Positions 1 to 15,659 of a stretch of DNA of 64,000 bases are shown here, in pieces. The notes below the pieces were generated by a model. It was not told the origin of the DNA and did no database searches. It saw only the letters and a list, made by a program, of their open reading frames with translations. Every line of letters starts with the position of its first letter. Positions within the stretch are counted from its first letter, which is position 1. Source of the stretch: Octopus vulgaris (lineage: Eukaryota); contig OX597816.1 of the NCBI GenBank assembly GCA_951406725.2, positions 152,458,001 through 152,522,000 of the forward strand, in the 5' to 3' direction. Made by a program: the position numbers and the translations under genes.

Positions 1-415
1 CAAAAAGACTGACTATTTCAAGCTACAAAAGCATCTATTTCAACACATAATTTCAGGTTAAGAATTTTGCGACACAAATACAAATACAAAATACCCTGGA
101 GACTTATTCTAATATTTGGTTCTGAATTTTTTGAATTCCATGCTGTTCAACAGAATTAGCTCGTTTAATTACCTTCTCATTGTACATTTAATCAGCTGTC
201 CTCTGCATTTAAAGTATAATTTATGCTAAAATATAAACTTTATCGACTCCATGTTCCCTTATCTTATAATGGTTTTAAATGTTATATTTCAATATCTTGA
301 AACCTTCTTCATTTTTCTCTATTCACTCTGATATAATTCGTTTGAAAACTAATCACTAACTAAGCATGCATGCACACACACACACACAGACAAACACACA
401 TACATACATATATTT

Positions 416-454
<39 letters not shown>

Positions 455-489
455 GTTTATAAGTGTATATGTATACATGTGTGTATAAT

Positions 490-1025
490 AACAAAGGGTA
501 AAATCAATTAATTAAGAAGTAATCAATAATTTCACCAAGTAGAATTCGGCATGAAAAAGGACCATTTCACGGTAAACTTAAGTAATACTTTATAATTAGG
601 GTTCAGCAAAGATTTGCTTTACCACATACCGAAGTTTAGAAATAGCAGCCAAAAAACCTTAGCTATTTCTTCTACTTTAAAAAGGGATTCCCAGAAAAAC
701 CAAAATACTTGAAAACAATCCACGCAGGCAGAGAGGAAAAATAACGAAAATCAATCTGTATCTGGTCACCCATGTACGCGCGTTTCGGAATTAGATTGGT
801 ATAAAGAATATAGAATTATACTTTACCCAACCATTTTTTTCATCAGCATGGGACTCCAACAATATTAAATATTAAAAATATTAAATTCGAAGGTACTGGA
901 AGAATTGAACATATCTCTCCATCTACTTTTTAAAGTAGAAGAAATAGCTAAGGTTTTTTGGCTGCTATTTCTAAAATTCGGTATGTGGTAAAGCAAATCT
1001 TTGCTGAACCCTAATTATGAAGTAT
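490..1025. mobile_element. Non-coding Penelope-like fold-back insert
   Basis: Inverted arms ~586-682 and ~927-1025, an unpaired left tail 490-585, a hammerhead motif in the loop, and TA-rich flanks. A related copy lies at 48680-48925. Confidence 0.65.
769..852 (-). ncRNA. Type I hammerhead ribozyme motif
   Basis: Minus strand reads CCCAUG-CUGAUGA-stem II-GAAA-CGCGCG-UA-CAUGGG: 6-bp stem I, canonical core, palindromic stem III. Confidence 0.8.
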
Positions 1026-1050
1026 ATATGTGTGTATATATATGTGTATA

Positions 1051-1085
<35 letters not shown>

Positions 1086-1104
1086 ATATATATATATATA
1101 TGTA

Positions 1105-1222
1105 CAGTTGAATAAAGTTAAAAAATGGTCTGGTTTTCACGTTTTGTATTTTAACATTAAAAATATAATTTGCTTAATAAAAAACGTGAAAAACTAGACC
1201 ATGTTTTAACTTTATTCAACTG
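1105..1222. repeat. Short inverted-repeat (fold-back) insert
   Basis: cagttgaataaagttaaaa...cacgtttt pairs with aaaacgtg...ttttaactttattcaactg. Confidence 0.7.
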
Positions 1223-1368
1223 ATATATTATTCTATACACATTCACACAAATTCGGAACAATACCCCCCCCACACACACACATATACATATATGTATATA
1301 TAAGCAAAAATGCTGGTTCTAAAATCCCTCTAAGAGATCAACGCAGTAGTTGTACTGACAAGTAATAT

Positions 1369-1781
1369 TCGTAGCCTCTTTAACATGGCTATCCGTTCGA
1401 GCGGACTCTACTAGGTTTTTTTTTTAAGCCCATCTAGACATCACCTCTAGCTGGTTAACGATGCACAGCGGCATCCGATAAAATTGCCTGCAGGGAACAT
1501 CTCCTAGCGACAGAAGAAGTAGAACGGTCCTGGTTTCGGGCTATTTCTGCCACTCCTCAATATCGGACACTTCGTCTGCTAGAATGGGGAGTGTTAGAAA
1601 TAGCCCGAAAGCAGGATTGGTCTACTGGTCCCGTCGCTGGGAGATGGTAGGTGTTCGCTACCCTGTTCCCAATTTTATCGGATGAAGCTGTGCATCGTTA
1701 ATCAGCTAGAGGAAATATCTTCCTGGGGTTAAAAAATCGTAGTAGAGTCCGCTCGAACGGACAGCCATGTTAAAGTGGCTA

Positions 1782-1784
<3 letters not shown>
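1369..1784 (+). repeat. 416-nt imperfect rod-like inverted repeat
   Basis: Successive complementary blocks from tcgtagcc/ggctacga inward to an apical cggac-acttc-gtctg stem-loop, followed by (TA)n. Confidence 0.85.
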
Positions 1785-1849
<65 letters not shown>

Positions 1850-2669
1850 AAGATGAACGTCTGCGTGTCTGTCTAACTGTCGATTTATAGAAAAAAAGGC
1901 TATAGCATCCACATAAAAACTAAAAGTTAATTCTTGTGTAAATTTTTCCGAGGAAGACAATGGAAGTGGTTCCGAGTCTCTAGGTGCACCCCAATGGAGC
2001 GACGGGCCTTTCCCCACAATGTTACACATAGCGCAGTCACCACTAAAAAAAAAAGATGCCCGGTCTAAGGGAAATAACATACATACAAACATGCAAACAT
2101 GCACACACAAACACATAAATATGCAGAATATATATGTACACACACGCATACATACATATATGCGCGCACACACACACACATGCACGCACATACATACATA
2201 CATACATACATACATACATACATACGTTGCAAGAAGCAACGAAAATTTTAGAAAAAAAAATGAGTGGAAATCGAACTGGTGAGTGTTAATAAGGCATCAA
2301 AACAGAATGATTTTCCCCAGACACAACAAAACTAAATGAAAGTTCTGGGAAAACTAAAAGAGGAAAATTATTCATGGTCTATTTTTCACGTTTAACGCTG
2401 TTTGATCTTCAGTTATCTCTTTTATTATTCTGTGTAAGAAGTATGGTACTCACAGAGATAGATTGTTACTACTAAATTTGTGTGTGCACTTTAATAGCAT
2501 TATTATATTGTTTTTATTCGTTTTATATTTATATTTATATCTTCGATCCACCGGGCTATTCGTCTAAGAAAAGCTATTTGTATTTTTTCTTGATGCAATA
2601 CTTAAGTTCAATAATTTATAGCACATATGTTTTTAGTTTCCCCCTAATTTTTACATACTTACTTTGTAC

Positions 2670-5443
<2,774 letters not shown>

Positions 5444-5663
5444 CACATAAGCCAAAGCTTAATGAAACTAAGAACAGATATAATTGTCGTGAAAATAAGA
5501 TACAACCAGGTAAGAATTCGGATGAATGCTTACTGGAAATGTGTTAATTCAAATTTTAATGATCCGAAGGGTGCTCAGATGAGATTTCTAACTCAAATTT
5601 CAAGCAAACTCAGCTGGGGCCCTCGTCGTTGTAACCGACGGTGTGCACCTTAATGTGTGTGTG

Positions 5664-5717
<54 letters not shown>

Positions 5718-5720
<3 letters not shown>

Positions 5721-6125
5721 TAATATCTTGACTATCGCAGGTGTTACGTTCCCAACCGCGATATAGGAGAAAATCCGCGAAGTAGAAACAGTACTGTATT
5801 GGATATTTTTATGATTTGTATATATTTATTTTATTATAAATGCAAAACATTCGTCTCCCGGGTTTCGCTTTCCATTACAGTATGTGCGATTCTTTGTTTA
5901 CTCATCTATGGTACACTACGTATTTTCTTTTAATATATTTTAATTAATGTGTTATAGAGTGCAGTACTGTACTGTATTTTTATTTATTTATTTTTAGGCG
6001 TGAAAATGCTTATTTTACCGCAGAAATAATTAAAATCTAAAACAATATAAAAACCTATTGGTCGCAGAAACCCGCGATATACTGAGGAGTCCGCGTTAGG
6101 TGAACCGCGATACAGCGAGTGATTA

Positions 6126-6129
<4 letters not shown>
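5718..6129. mobile_element. pogo/Tigger-like MITE
   Basis: Termini cagtaat... / ...attactg, imperfect TIRs, inserted in (TA)n. Confidence 0.65.
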
Positions 6130-6207
<78 letters not shown>

Positions 6208-6209
<2 letters not shown>

Positions 6210-7007
6210 TAGCAGCATAGCCCGGCGTTGCTCGGGTATGTAAGAGCCCCTAGTAGGCAACGACTAATCCCAATCTAGTCCTTTCCCTCTAGGGAACGAA
6301 GGCGCATGTGTAGGTTGCAATGTCTTCTCTTCACTCCCAAATAACTATCAAACAGCTATCGATAATTCAACCCAACCAATTCCTACCAGGAAGAAATTAC
6401 ATTCGAGACTTTACCCCCACTTCTGCTAATAGCTGTTGCAGCCGCAAGTTATTCGAATACTTTTTTTGTTTACACTTTCTTTATAACTACCACCCCAAAC
6501 GTTTTACCTTAAATTTTTGACGTACCCTAAGGGTCCTCGGACGCTACTTGCAAACTCTTGGTTTATTATAAACCGCTTTTGTCGTGTGCACCAAAAAACC
6601 TTTTCCATTCGTTTGTTCAGTTTGGTCACCTTTGACTTTTTCGTTGTTGTCACTCACATTGCTGCCCGCTTTTTTGCCGTTTTTATACATTTTTATACAT
6701 TTTGGGATACTTACCCCACGTGTTCCGAGAGTTAAAAAGGTCGAGTTGCGCCCCCTAGACAGTCTGCAGAAAATGTGTTGCATATAAAAAGCTTAGATTC
6801 TCGACCCATGTCGAATTTATCGATTTTTTTTCAGAACCGAGGGAGCTTTTCAAAAGTTTCGCTGCGTTAGTTTTGAATTATGACATTGGGCTATGTGTGT
6901 GTCAAGTTTCATCAGAATCGGTTGAAAGCCGTGGTCAGGGTGAGGGTACAACCTGACAGACACACAGACACACAGACAGACAAGCTGCCGTTTATATATA
7001 GAGAGAT
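6208..7007 (+). mobile_element. Non-autonomous Helitron/Helentron-like element
   Basis: 5' ACTAG...cccggcgttgctcggg short hairpin, 3' acagac repeats then tttatatatagagagat. Related copies at 22850 and 34911. Confidence 0.6.
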
Positions 7008-7022
7008 ATGTATATATATGTG

Positions 7023-7081
<59 letters not shown>

Positions 7082-7117
7082 CTTCTCGCAATGTATGTAT
7101 ATGTATATCTATCTATC

Positions 7118-7179
<62 letters not shown>

Positions 7180-7180
<1 letters not shown>

Positions 7181-8026
7181 CGTGGTCTGATCAGAAAGTA
7201 TCCGTACTGTTGCTATAGTAACCAGGCTAAAGCACGCAGAGTGAAACTGCTTGGCAGAGATTGACTTTGAACTCTATAGTGCAGGCGTACTAAGTTTCAA
7301 TGTTCTAGCTAATTTCCGCTGATTACAGCAGAGCTTGGAAGGAAGGTATATATCATATGATCATCGCATTGACCATGACAGAAAAAGCTGATCAGAGAAT
7401 CTGCATCAAATTTTGCCAAAAGCTTGGCGATGCCTGCTCAGAGGCCAACGTTTTCATCGTTCTCGACACAATCAAGGAGATCTTGTGCAACTGAAACCCG
7501 AGTGTCTTTTTGGTCAGTTTTGGCACAAACTTGGCAGACACGCGTCTCATACTCAAATCTTCAGTGATAATGGACTGAATTGAACTGTAACTAATCTGCA
7601 CCTCCTCTGATAACTCATGGATGGGGATTCGATGATTTCCCCTCACAGCTTCACGCACACCTGCGACGTTTTCCTCAGTTCCGCTTGATGCGGATCTCCC
7701 AGAACGTTCGTCAATATCGACATTTTTTCGGCCATCTTGGAAACGTCTGAATCACTCGTACATTTGTGTGCAGCTCATACACTCCTCTCCATACTATTTC
7801 TGCAACCTTATGTAGGCCTCTGAGCAGGTATCGCTATAACAACTTTCTCAATCTTGGTCAATGCGACAATCAAATGCTACACACCTTCCTTCCAAGAACT
7901 GGTGTAAACAGCGGAAGTGAGCTAGTACGTTAAAACTTAGTGCACATGCACAGCAGCATTCAAGGTCAATCTCTGCATGCTTTAGCTTAGTTACTATGGC
8001 AGCAGCCTAGATACTTATTGATCAGA

Positions 8027-8028
<2 letters not shown>
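7180..8028. mobile_element. Mariner relic with inverted duplication of its 5' end
   Basis: Long inverted arms (ggtctgatcagaaagtatc / gatacttattgatcagacc). The transposase N-terminus occurs on both strands (MTEKADQRICIKFCQKLG on +; ...IITEDLSMRRVSAKFVPKL on -). Confidence 0.75.
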
Positions 8029-8068
<40 letters not shown>

Positions 8069-8069
<1 letters not shown>

Positions 8070-8457
8070 TCTTTACTCTTTACTCTTTACTTGTTTCAGT
8101 CATTTGACTGCGGCCATGCTGTAGCACCGCCTTTAATCGAGCAACTCGACCCCGGGACTTATTCTTTTGTAAGCCCAGTACTTATTCTATCGGTCTCATT
8201 TGCCGAACCGCTAAGTGATGGGGACGTAAACACACCAACATCGGTTGTCAAGCAATGCTAGGGGGACAAACACAGACACACAAACACACACACATACATA
8301 TATATACACATATATATACATATATACGACAGGCTTCTTTCAGTTTCTGTCTACCAAATCCACTCACAAGGCATTGGTCGGCCCAGGGCTATAGCAGAAG
8401 ATACTTGCCCAAGATGCCACGCAGTGGGACTGAACTTACCACACAGCCACTCCTGCA

Positions 8458-8459
<2 letters not shown>
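8069..8459 (-). mobile_element. tRNA-derived SINE (family A)
   Basis: Head ggtgcaggagtggctgtgtggtaag and tail gactgaaacaagtaaagagtaaagag on the minus strand. Matches copies at 18173 and 25241. Confidence 0.8.
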
Positions 8460-8534
<75 letters not shown>

Positions 8535-9797
8535 CTATATATGTATATCTATCTATCTATCTGTCTATCTACAAAGAAGAAGGTTAGCCTAAATATCAGT
8601 GGCAGGGTGGAGTACCACCACGTAACCCTTTTATTATCGCTAAAGACCACAAAACCAATTTTAGGAGAAACTTTACATGTAGACTCATTAACCCAACTAA
8701 AACAGGAATAGCGATAATTAGTAAAAATATTTTAGATTCCATTCTTCACTGGATTGGCAATGTCCTAAATTTCCCTCATGGAGTAACAGCAGGTCTATTA
8801 TAGACTGGTTTAAGAACATCAACGATAAATATAACAACAGGTTTACTTAGTTTGATATCGTGGATTTATAGCCGTCGATAACAAGGCTTCTACTGTTTAA
8901 AACACATGATGTTGCAAAAGAATATGTGCTCATAAGTAAATCAGACATTGACATCATCCTGCGAGCCAGGAAATCCCTACTGTTTTTCATTGATTCAACC
9001 TGAATCAAGTAAACCAGCAACTATATTTATTGTTAAAGTTCAATGCTCCGACGGGCGCATATGGCAGAGCAGAATTATGTATACTTATAGGCGTGTGTGT
9101 TTTGTACCACCTACATACAGAATTTCCTTGTTAAGTAGCAGGTTTACATATGGATGATGGTGTAGGGCAAGATTCATGACAAGCTGTAGACATTTCAAAA
9201 TTCCAATTTGTGGCAATTTTCCGGAATCTCCGTATCCGCAAACGTGGGAGTTTTTTTTTGCAAAAAAAACAAAACAAAAAAAATTTTGCGAGAAAATGGT
9301 CGGTGGGTGGGTGGAGGGGACGGGAGAAAGTCTTTCCACATCTTTAAACCTCCCTGAATTCTCAAAAAAAGGTAAGCGAATTCGTTCCAGGATGTCGAAC
9401 GAGGCAGCTTTAACAATGCTTCCCCGTACTACAATGACGTACATGGTAATAGCAGATTCTCTGAAAAGATCCCCTACGTCACCAGTGGAGACAACCCTAG
9501 ACAGACTCGCAGAACTAGAAAGGTTTTGTGAGATAGCTAGGAAAGTTTAAAATCTAATATATAGGTGGGTGCTAAAACATTCCTGGCTTTGGGTAAAAGA
9601 AAATTCAAGCGGATCAGTTAAATGTAATTTTATTCAACATATTCCCCTCTCAGATGCACACACTTATTGCAGTGGCTCTTCAGTTTTCTTCACTTGAAAC
9701 TAATAGTAGCCCATTGAAAAAATATATTGTGTCTATTAAATAATATTTATCTCTCACCAGATGGAGTATGTTTTTTGTTGTCTTGCCATCACGGACT

Positions 9798-9834
<37 letters not shown>

Positions 9835-10016
9835 GTACGGATAAAATCTATATAAGAATTCATCAAGTAGTCAGCGTGAAAAACCAGTTGAAAGAAAACA
9901 TTATACAAAATATATAATTAATTTATTCCTTTTTAAATACATTTATTATATTAAGGGTATTACTACACGTAGTCCCCTACAGAGTGAGGCATTTAGGTGT
10001 AGTAATGCCCTTAATA

Positions 10017-10056
<40 letters not shown>

Positions 10057-10143
10057 ATGTTCATATGTAGTTGGTTAATAAATTATGTGAATGGGTATTA
10101 TCTGGTAGTTGATTATTGATTTAGGTGTATTCCTCCATTTTCT

Positions 10144-10376
<233 letters not shown>

Positions 10377-10406
10377 TATAAATAAATATATATTTATATA
10401 TGAGCT

Positions 10407-10636
10407 TATACTCAGGTGAGGTGGAAGCGCGTGGATTAATGGTTAGGGGTGTTGTACTCATGATCGTAAGATTGTGATTTCGATTCCTGCAAAGTACTTC
10501 ATATCAATTTACTCCAGTTCACTCAGTTGGTGAAAATAAGTAATCCTTCGATGGATCGGCGTCCTGTCCTCTGGGGAAATATATGCGCCACAGAATCCGA
10601 TAGACCGGCTTTATGAGCCCAAGGCTCGGGAAGGAC
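10407..10636 (+). mobile_element. Degenerate tRNA-derived SINE
   Basis: Box A-like tggattaatggttag and box B-like gatttcgattcc. Confidence 0.5.
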
Positions 10637-11189
10637 ATTTCTTCCGCTTTGGAAGAATAAAATTAAAATCTAAATAAGGGCGAATGAGTACGATAGAAAG
10701 AAAAATAAAAAGTAGATAAAAAAAAAACAGAAGACCTTTATGAGAGAGAAAGAGAAAAATAGTAATGATAGCAGAAGAGAGAGGGAGGGGATAACGGATT
10801 ACATAATGGTTACACATTAGGATGAACAAAATATTTATAAGCATCAAGCAAACATTTTATGACCAAGAGCTAAGTGAAAAGGGAAAAGGTGATAGCAATT
10901 AGAGTAATAAAGAAATGAACCAGATAGACAAAAGGACAAAGCAAAAGTTAATAAGACTTTTAAATAAGGTAAATTAGATAGATATAAAGAGGAACAAGGC
11001 TCGAACACAGAGACACAGTACAAGGTTATAAACAAAATACAATATGTCAAGAGGGGACAGATGTGTGCATAAACATGTATAGAGCCTGAAAATTGTGCTG
11101 GGAAAACTATCTATAAGTTTCTTTCAGCTTCTTTCAGCTTCAATAAAATAGTATACACACACACACGCACACACACAGACACAAACACA

Positions 11190-11251
<62 letters not shown>

Positions 11252-11494
11252 GACACACACACATACGTAGTGTACATTCTGATTGAATTTTCCATGTGTT
11301 AACATGTATCTCCTTTCGACAATGTAAACTTTTATTTTATCAAGATATCCTTGCCCTGAAGAGTAGTCTGCGATATACACCTCGCTTTGATATTTACCAC
11401 TTCCGAGGTTCCTTTCGCGATGAAACATATGTAACCCGGATCTTATCTACTCCATTCCTTAACTTTTGTATACACACACACACACACGCACACG

Positions 11495-11569
<75 letters not shown>

Positions 11570-11574
<5 letters not shown>

Positions 11575-12615
11575 AATAAAATATATGCATATATATAAAC
11601 ATATATGTACGTACCTACCTCTACATGTACATATACACGCATATATGTGTACAGGACACCAAAAAGACGTGGAACACATAGAGAGACGAAAAACATAGAC
11701 ACAAAGCAAGGAACAAGACAGGCAAAAAAAAGAGAGAGATACAGGACAATAAGCACAACGAAAAATCCCCTTCTTCAGTCGCTAAAGTTTCATCTACTAA
11801 ACGTTTCGAAGGATAAAAGCGAGACGTATACTTCGAATGAAAAATTCCTTCCTGCGAAAAGCAAATCAATTAAAATTCTGAGATCTTTTCGCAGAGGGGT
11901 GAAAAAAAGCAAGACGGTAACGACAGTACAAACATATAATCAGTAAAAAATATATATATAAAAACAGTGGAAAAATAAATATACAACAGTGAGAGACAGG
12001 ACAAGGAGAACAAAATAAGAAGGGCTGTTAACGCCAGACGAAAAAAGTATTGCAAACGCTGGATTATAGTGGACGACGAGAGAGGAAGATGTCGACCAGA
12101 GGCCTTAGAAGGCGGGCGAGAAAGGACAGGATAGCAGTTACGACGGAAGTATGGTCGCAGATGGACGACGGGAATGGGGGAGGAGGAGCAAGAGGAAGAG
12201 AGAGAAGAAGGGGAATGGTGCGAGGAGACCACGAAGAACAGTGAGGGGGAGAGAGAGAGGAAGAGACAAGTTAAGTGAGGGAAAAAAGACGAAAAAGGGA
12301 ATGGGAGAGAAAGAAAGAAAGATGCAGAGTCGCGTGAGAGTTAATATCAAGGCGAACTTGATAAACAGAACAATCTTACTTAATAGGGTGCGTGCGTTTA
12401 GTCGTATAATATGTTAATAAAATATATGCATATATATAAACATATATGTACGTACCTACCTCTACATGTACATATACACGCATATATGTGTACAGGACAC
12501 CAAAAAGACGTGGAACACATAGAGAGATACTCCCTGGTTTCTATGTGCTAGGCCACTTGGTGTTAAACTGACGGTATTATTAAATTAATATCTAATTTTT
12601 CACCCTCATTTATGA

Positions 12616-12620
<5 letters not shown>
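11570..12620 (-). mobile_element. Penelope-like remnant with partial tandem terminal duplication
   Basis: 117-bp direct repeat 11570-11686 / 12411-12527, a minus-strand CUGAAGA half core near 11775, (TA)n on both sides. Confidence 0.5.
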
Positions 12621-12694
<74 letters not shown>

Positions 12695-12828
12695 TCAGTT
12701 GAATCAGGTACTTAAGTTGAAGCACCAAGTCAGTCCGGTATTATCCGCACAAACGAAGTAAAATGAATAAAATAAAAATAAGCAACAGGATAACAAGAAG
12801 TGTGTCCAACTAATTAAAATTCTATTTC

Positions 12829-12914
12829 TGCAGCTGATGATAGCAGTGCATTTAAATTGATGTAATGATAGCATTATTCAATTAAATGGAGCCGCTTGAA
12901 ACGGTTGTACTGCA
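12829..12914 (+). ncRNA. Type I hammerhead ribozyme motif with long stem II
   Basis: UGCAG-CUGAUGA-(agc..catttaaattga..tcaattaaatg..gct)-GAAA-CGGUUG-UA-CUGCA, inside a 250-bp insert in (TA)n. Confidence 0.75.
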
Positions 12915-12935
12915 CCACTTCTTGATATCTTGTTT

Positions 12936-13019
<84 letters not shown>

Positions 13020-13072
13020 CTTGGAAATGGATGCGTGGCGTTCAATTAAACAATAATATAAATAATATATCC

Positions 13073-13120
<48 letters not shown>

Positions 13121-13448
13121 ATGTAAAAAAATACAAACTGGGACAGGAACGCAAAACATTTAGAAGACGATACAAGAACCGAATCATCTTGGCAATTTCG
13201 GCTGATTAATCTTGAGATTGCTCCGATCTGGCCAGCCCCAAAGGAAAATCTAAGCCAAGCGCACTAGATTCCTTGGAAGAAAGCCTCGAATGTATACAAA
13301 ACACGGACGGAAAACAGGACGATGTTACACGAATAAGAATACAAAAATACGTAAAAACAATAATGATAACACGAATAAGAATACAAAAATACGTAAAAAC
13401 AATAATGATAATAATAATAACAACAAAAACAGGACATCACAGACAAGC

Positions 13449-13492
<44 letters not shown>

Positions 13493-13495
<3 letters not shown>

Positions 13496-13672
13496 GGAGT
13501 AAACACATAAATGTGAAACAAGGTGGAAAAAAGAGTACTCAAATACCAGTGGTAGAGTAATATGCTTTATTTAAAGCAGCAGAAAATTCAACAAAACCTG
13601 TTACTCTGAGTTTCCCGTTGCCGGGAAACTCAGAGTACAGGTTTTGTTGAATTTTCTGCTGCTTTAAATAAA

Positions 13673-13673
<1 letters not shown>
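13493..13673. mobile_element. Fold-back insert, PLE-end derived
   Basis: Near-perfect arms 13565-13617 / 13622-13673 containing GAAA-CTCAGAG-TA, plus a 70-bp left tail shared with 31525-31680. Confidence 0.65.
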
Positions 13674-13711
<38 letters not shown>

Positions 13712-13715
<4 letters not shown>

Positions 13716-14002
13716 TGCAGGACATCACCGATTGTGTAAACGACATGAAGTACGAAAATAAACGAGTTAAATACGCAAACAACGAGAGAAAAAAATGGAA
13801 AACAGGACAAGTAATACAAAGAACGACCCTTCAACGAATGTCGTTGAATACTCGAGATGTGGAGTAGAAAGACAGTCGGCAACTAATGAAGGGTCGTTCC
13901 TTGTGTTACTTATTTTCCATTTTTTCTCTCGTTGTTTGCGTATTTAACTCGTTTGTTTTCGTACTTAATGTTGTTTACACAGTTGGTGACGTCCTGTACC
14001 CA
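13712..14002. mobile_element. Fold-back insert, recurrent family
   Basis: Arms 13712-13832 / 13888-14002. Related single arms at ~35690-35845 and ~62800-62912. Confidence 0.65.
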
Positions 14003-15481
14003 TACACACACACATATTAAATTTAAATTACGATAAACGTAAACATTATATATATATATATATGTATATTTATGTATGTGTGTGTATTCATACGTACATA
14101 TGTGTGTGTGTGTGTGTGTGTGTGGTTCAAATGTATTAAAAGACCAAATGACAGAAACTGGTGAGGGAATTACAAACAAGGTCTATTAGTTAGACGCTCA
14201 GGAAAAATGGAAAAGTTTGACGCCTCGAGCCAACGCTCTTCTACAGAAAGGATTGAGAAAAAACCCCAAAAAACAAAACAAAAACGGAGAGAGAAAACAA
14301 CGTGCCTGGCTTAACGATTTCACATGTCGAATGGACTGGCAGGAAGTGGCTGAATGGAAGGAGAATATACATACATACATACATACATACATACATACAT
14401 ACGTACATACGTGCATACATACATACATACATACATACATACATACATACATACATACATACATGCATGTATACATGCACACACACACATACACATTATT
14501 TGATATACACTTGAATTTAAACGTGAGCTACTATAAGTTTCATGCTCCAATAGTACAGTGATGGGACGAGCTTGTAGAGTGTGCCGTGTACTATCGTGCA
14601 ATCTTTCAGGTTCAAAGTTAACATGACTGCTCTATGAGAAAAAGCGAGGAAGAACGAGAAACAAGAAGAAACAAGAAAGAGAAAAGCTTGTGGGGAAGGG
14701 AGAAAAGAGTTGTGTCAGAATAGGAATTTACAATGGTTGGTGGGGTTAATTCGACAAGAAAAGATTAAAGTTTGTAAGAATGTATCCCTAATCTGGAGAA
14801 GCTGGTGTTTTCCAGTTCAATAGTAGAAACTTGTCAAGATGCATGCAGATTTTGAAAATTTCCGATCTTGAAGTTGTTCAGTGGAATTATTAGATTTAAA
14901 AAGGATAGGAGTTCTTTAGCTATATGAAGCTTGCATCTCCTTGATCCATTAACGTACGGAGTGTGAAGTACTTTTGAAGAAAAGGGACGAAAATTCTGGT
15001 TGAGAGAAGAAAAGGGGAAAAAATTGCCAGGAGAAGAAGAAATAACGAAGTATGTGAGTGAGTGAGAATTATGAAGGAGATTGAATGGAAGTAAAAGCAA
15101 TAATACTTAATACTTATTGAAAGAAGATGCATGAAACAAGACAGAAATGGGCAAAACTGAAATCAAGCTACTAAGAATAACCGAAAGGAGGTACAAATAA
15201 CCCCCTCATTTTTGACGAGCACAACGTAGGCTCGAAACATCAAAGACTTTTCCATTCTTCCCCAGCGCCAAACTAACACATCTGCTTGTTGTTCCTTAAC
15301 CTGTCTTCGGTTTTTGTTGTCAGTAAATTTGAATTATATACTCACATTTGAATTATACACATACACACACACTCTCTCTTTCTCTTCCACAGACACACAC
15401 ACACACACACACACACACGGAATTAAATTTGTGTAAAAATCAATAAGAAGAGTACTCCATCTAATGAGAGTCTAATATAAT

Positions 15482-15659
15482 TATAAATGCTTCATACTAC
15501 ATGCATTATATACGTTACTAATAGTTTCACGTACATAGGTACGTTCATCAGGCGCTGACTGATAAAACCTGATTGATAAGCAGGTTCAATCAGCTCCTGA
15601 TGAACGTACTTATGTACGTGAAACTATTAGTAACGTATATAATGCATGTAGTATGAAGC

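Noticed and set aside
1706-2282. ORFs rich in YI, CV, HT or MYVC repeats (here and throughout the window)
   Set aside because: Translations of stop-free microsatellites, not genes.
14600-15250. Possible decayed PLE endonuclease and hammerhead (ttgacgag...ctcgaaacatc near 15212)
   Set aside because: Too degenerate to annotate without alignment.
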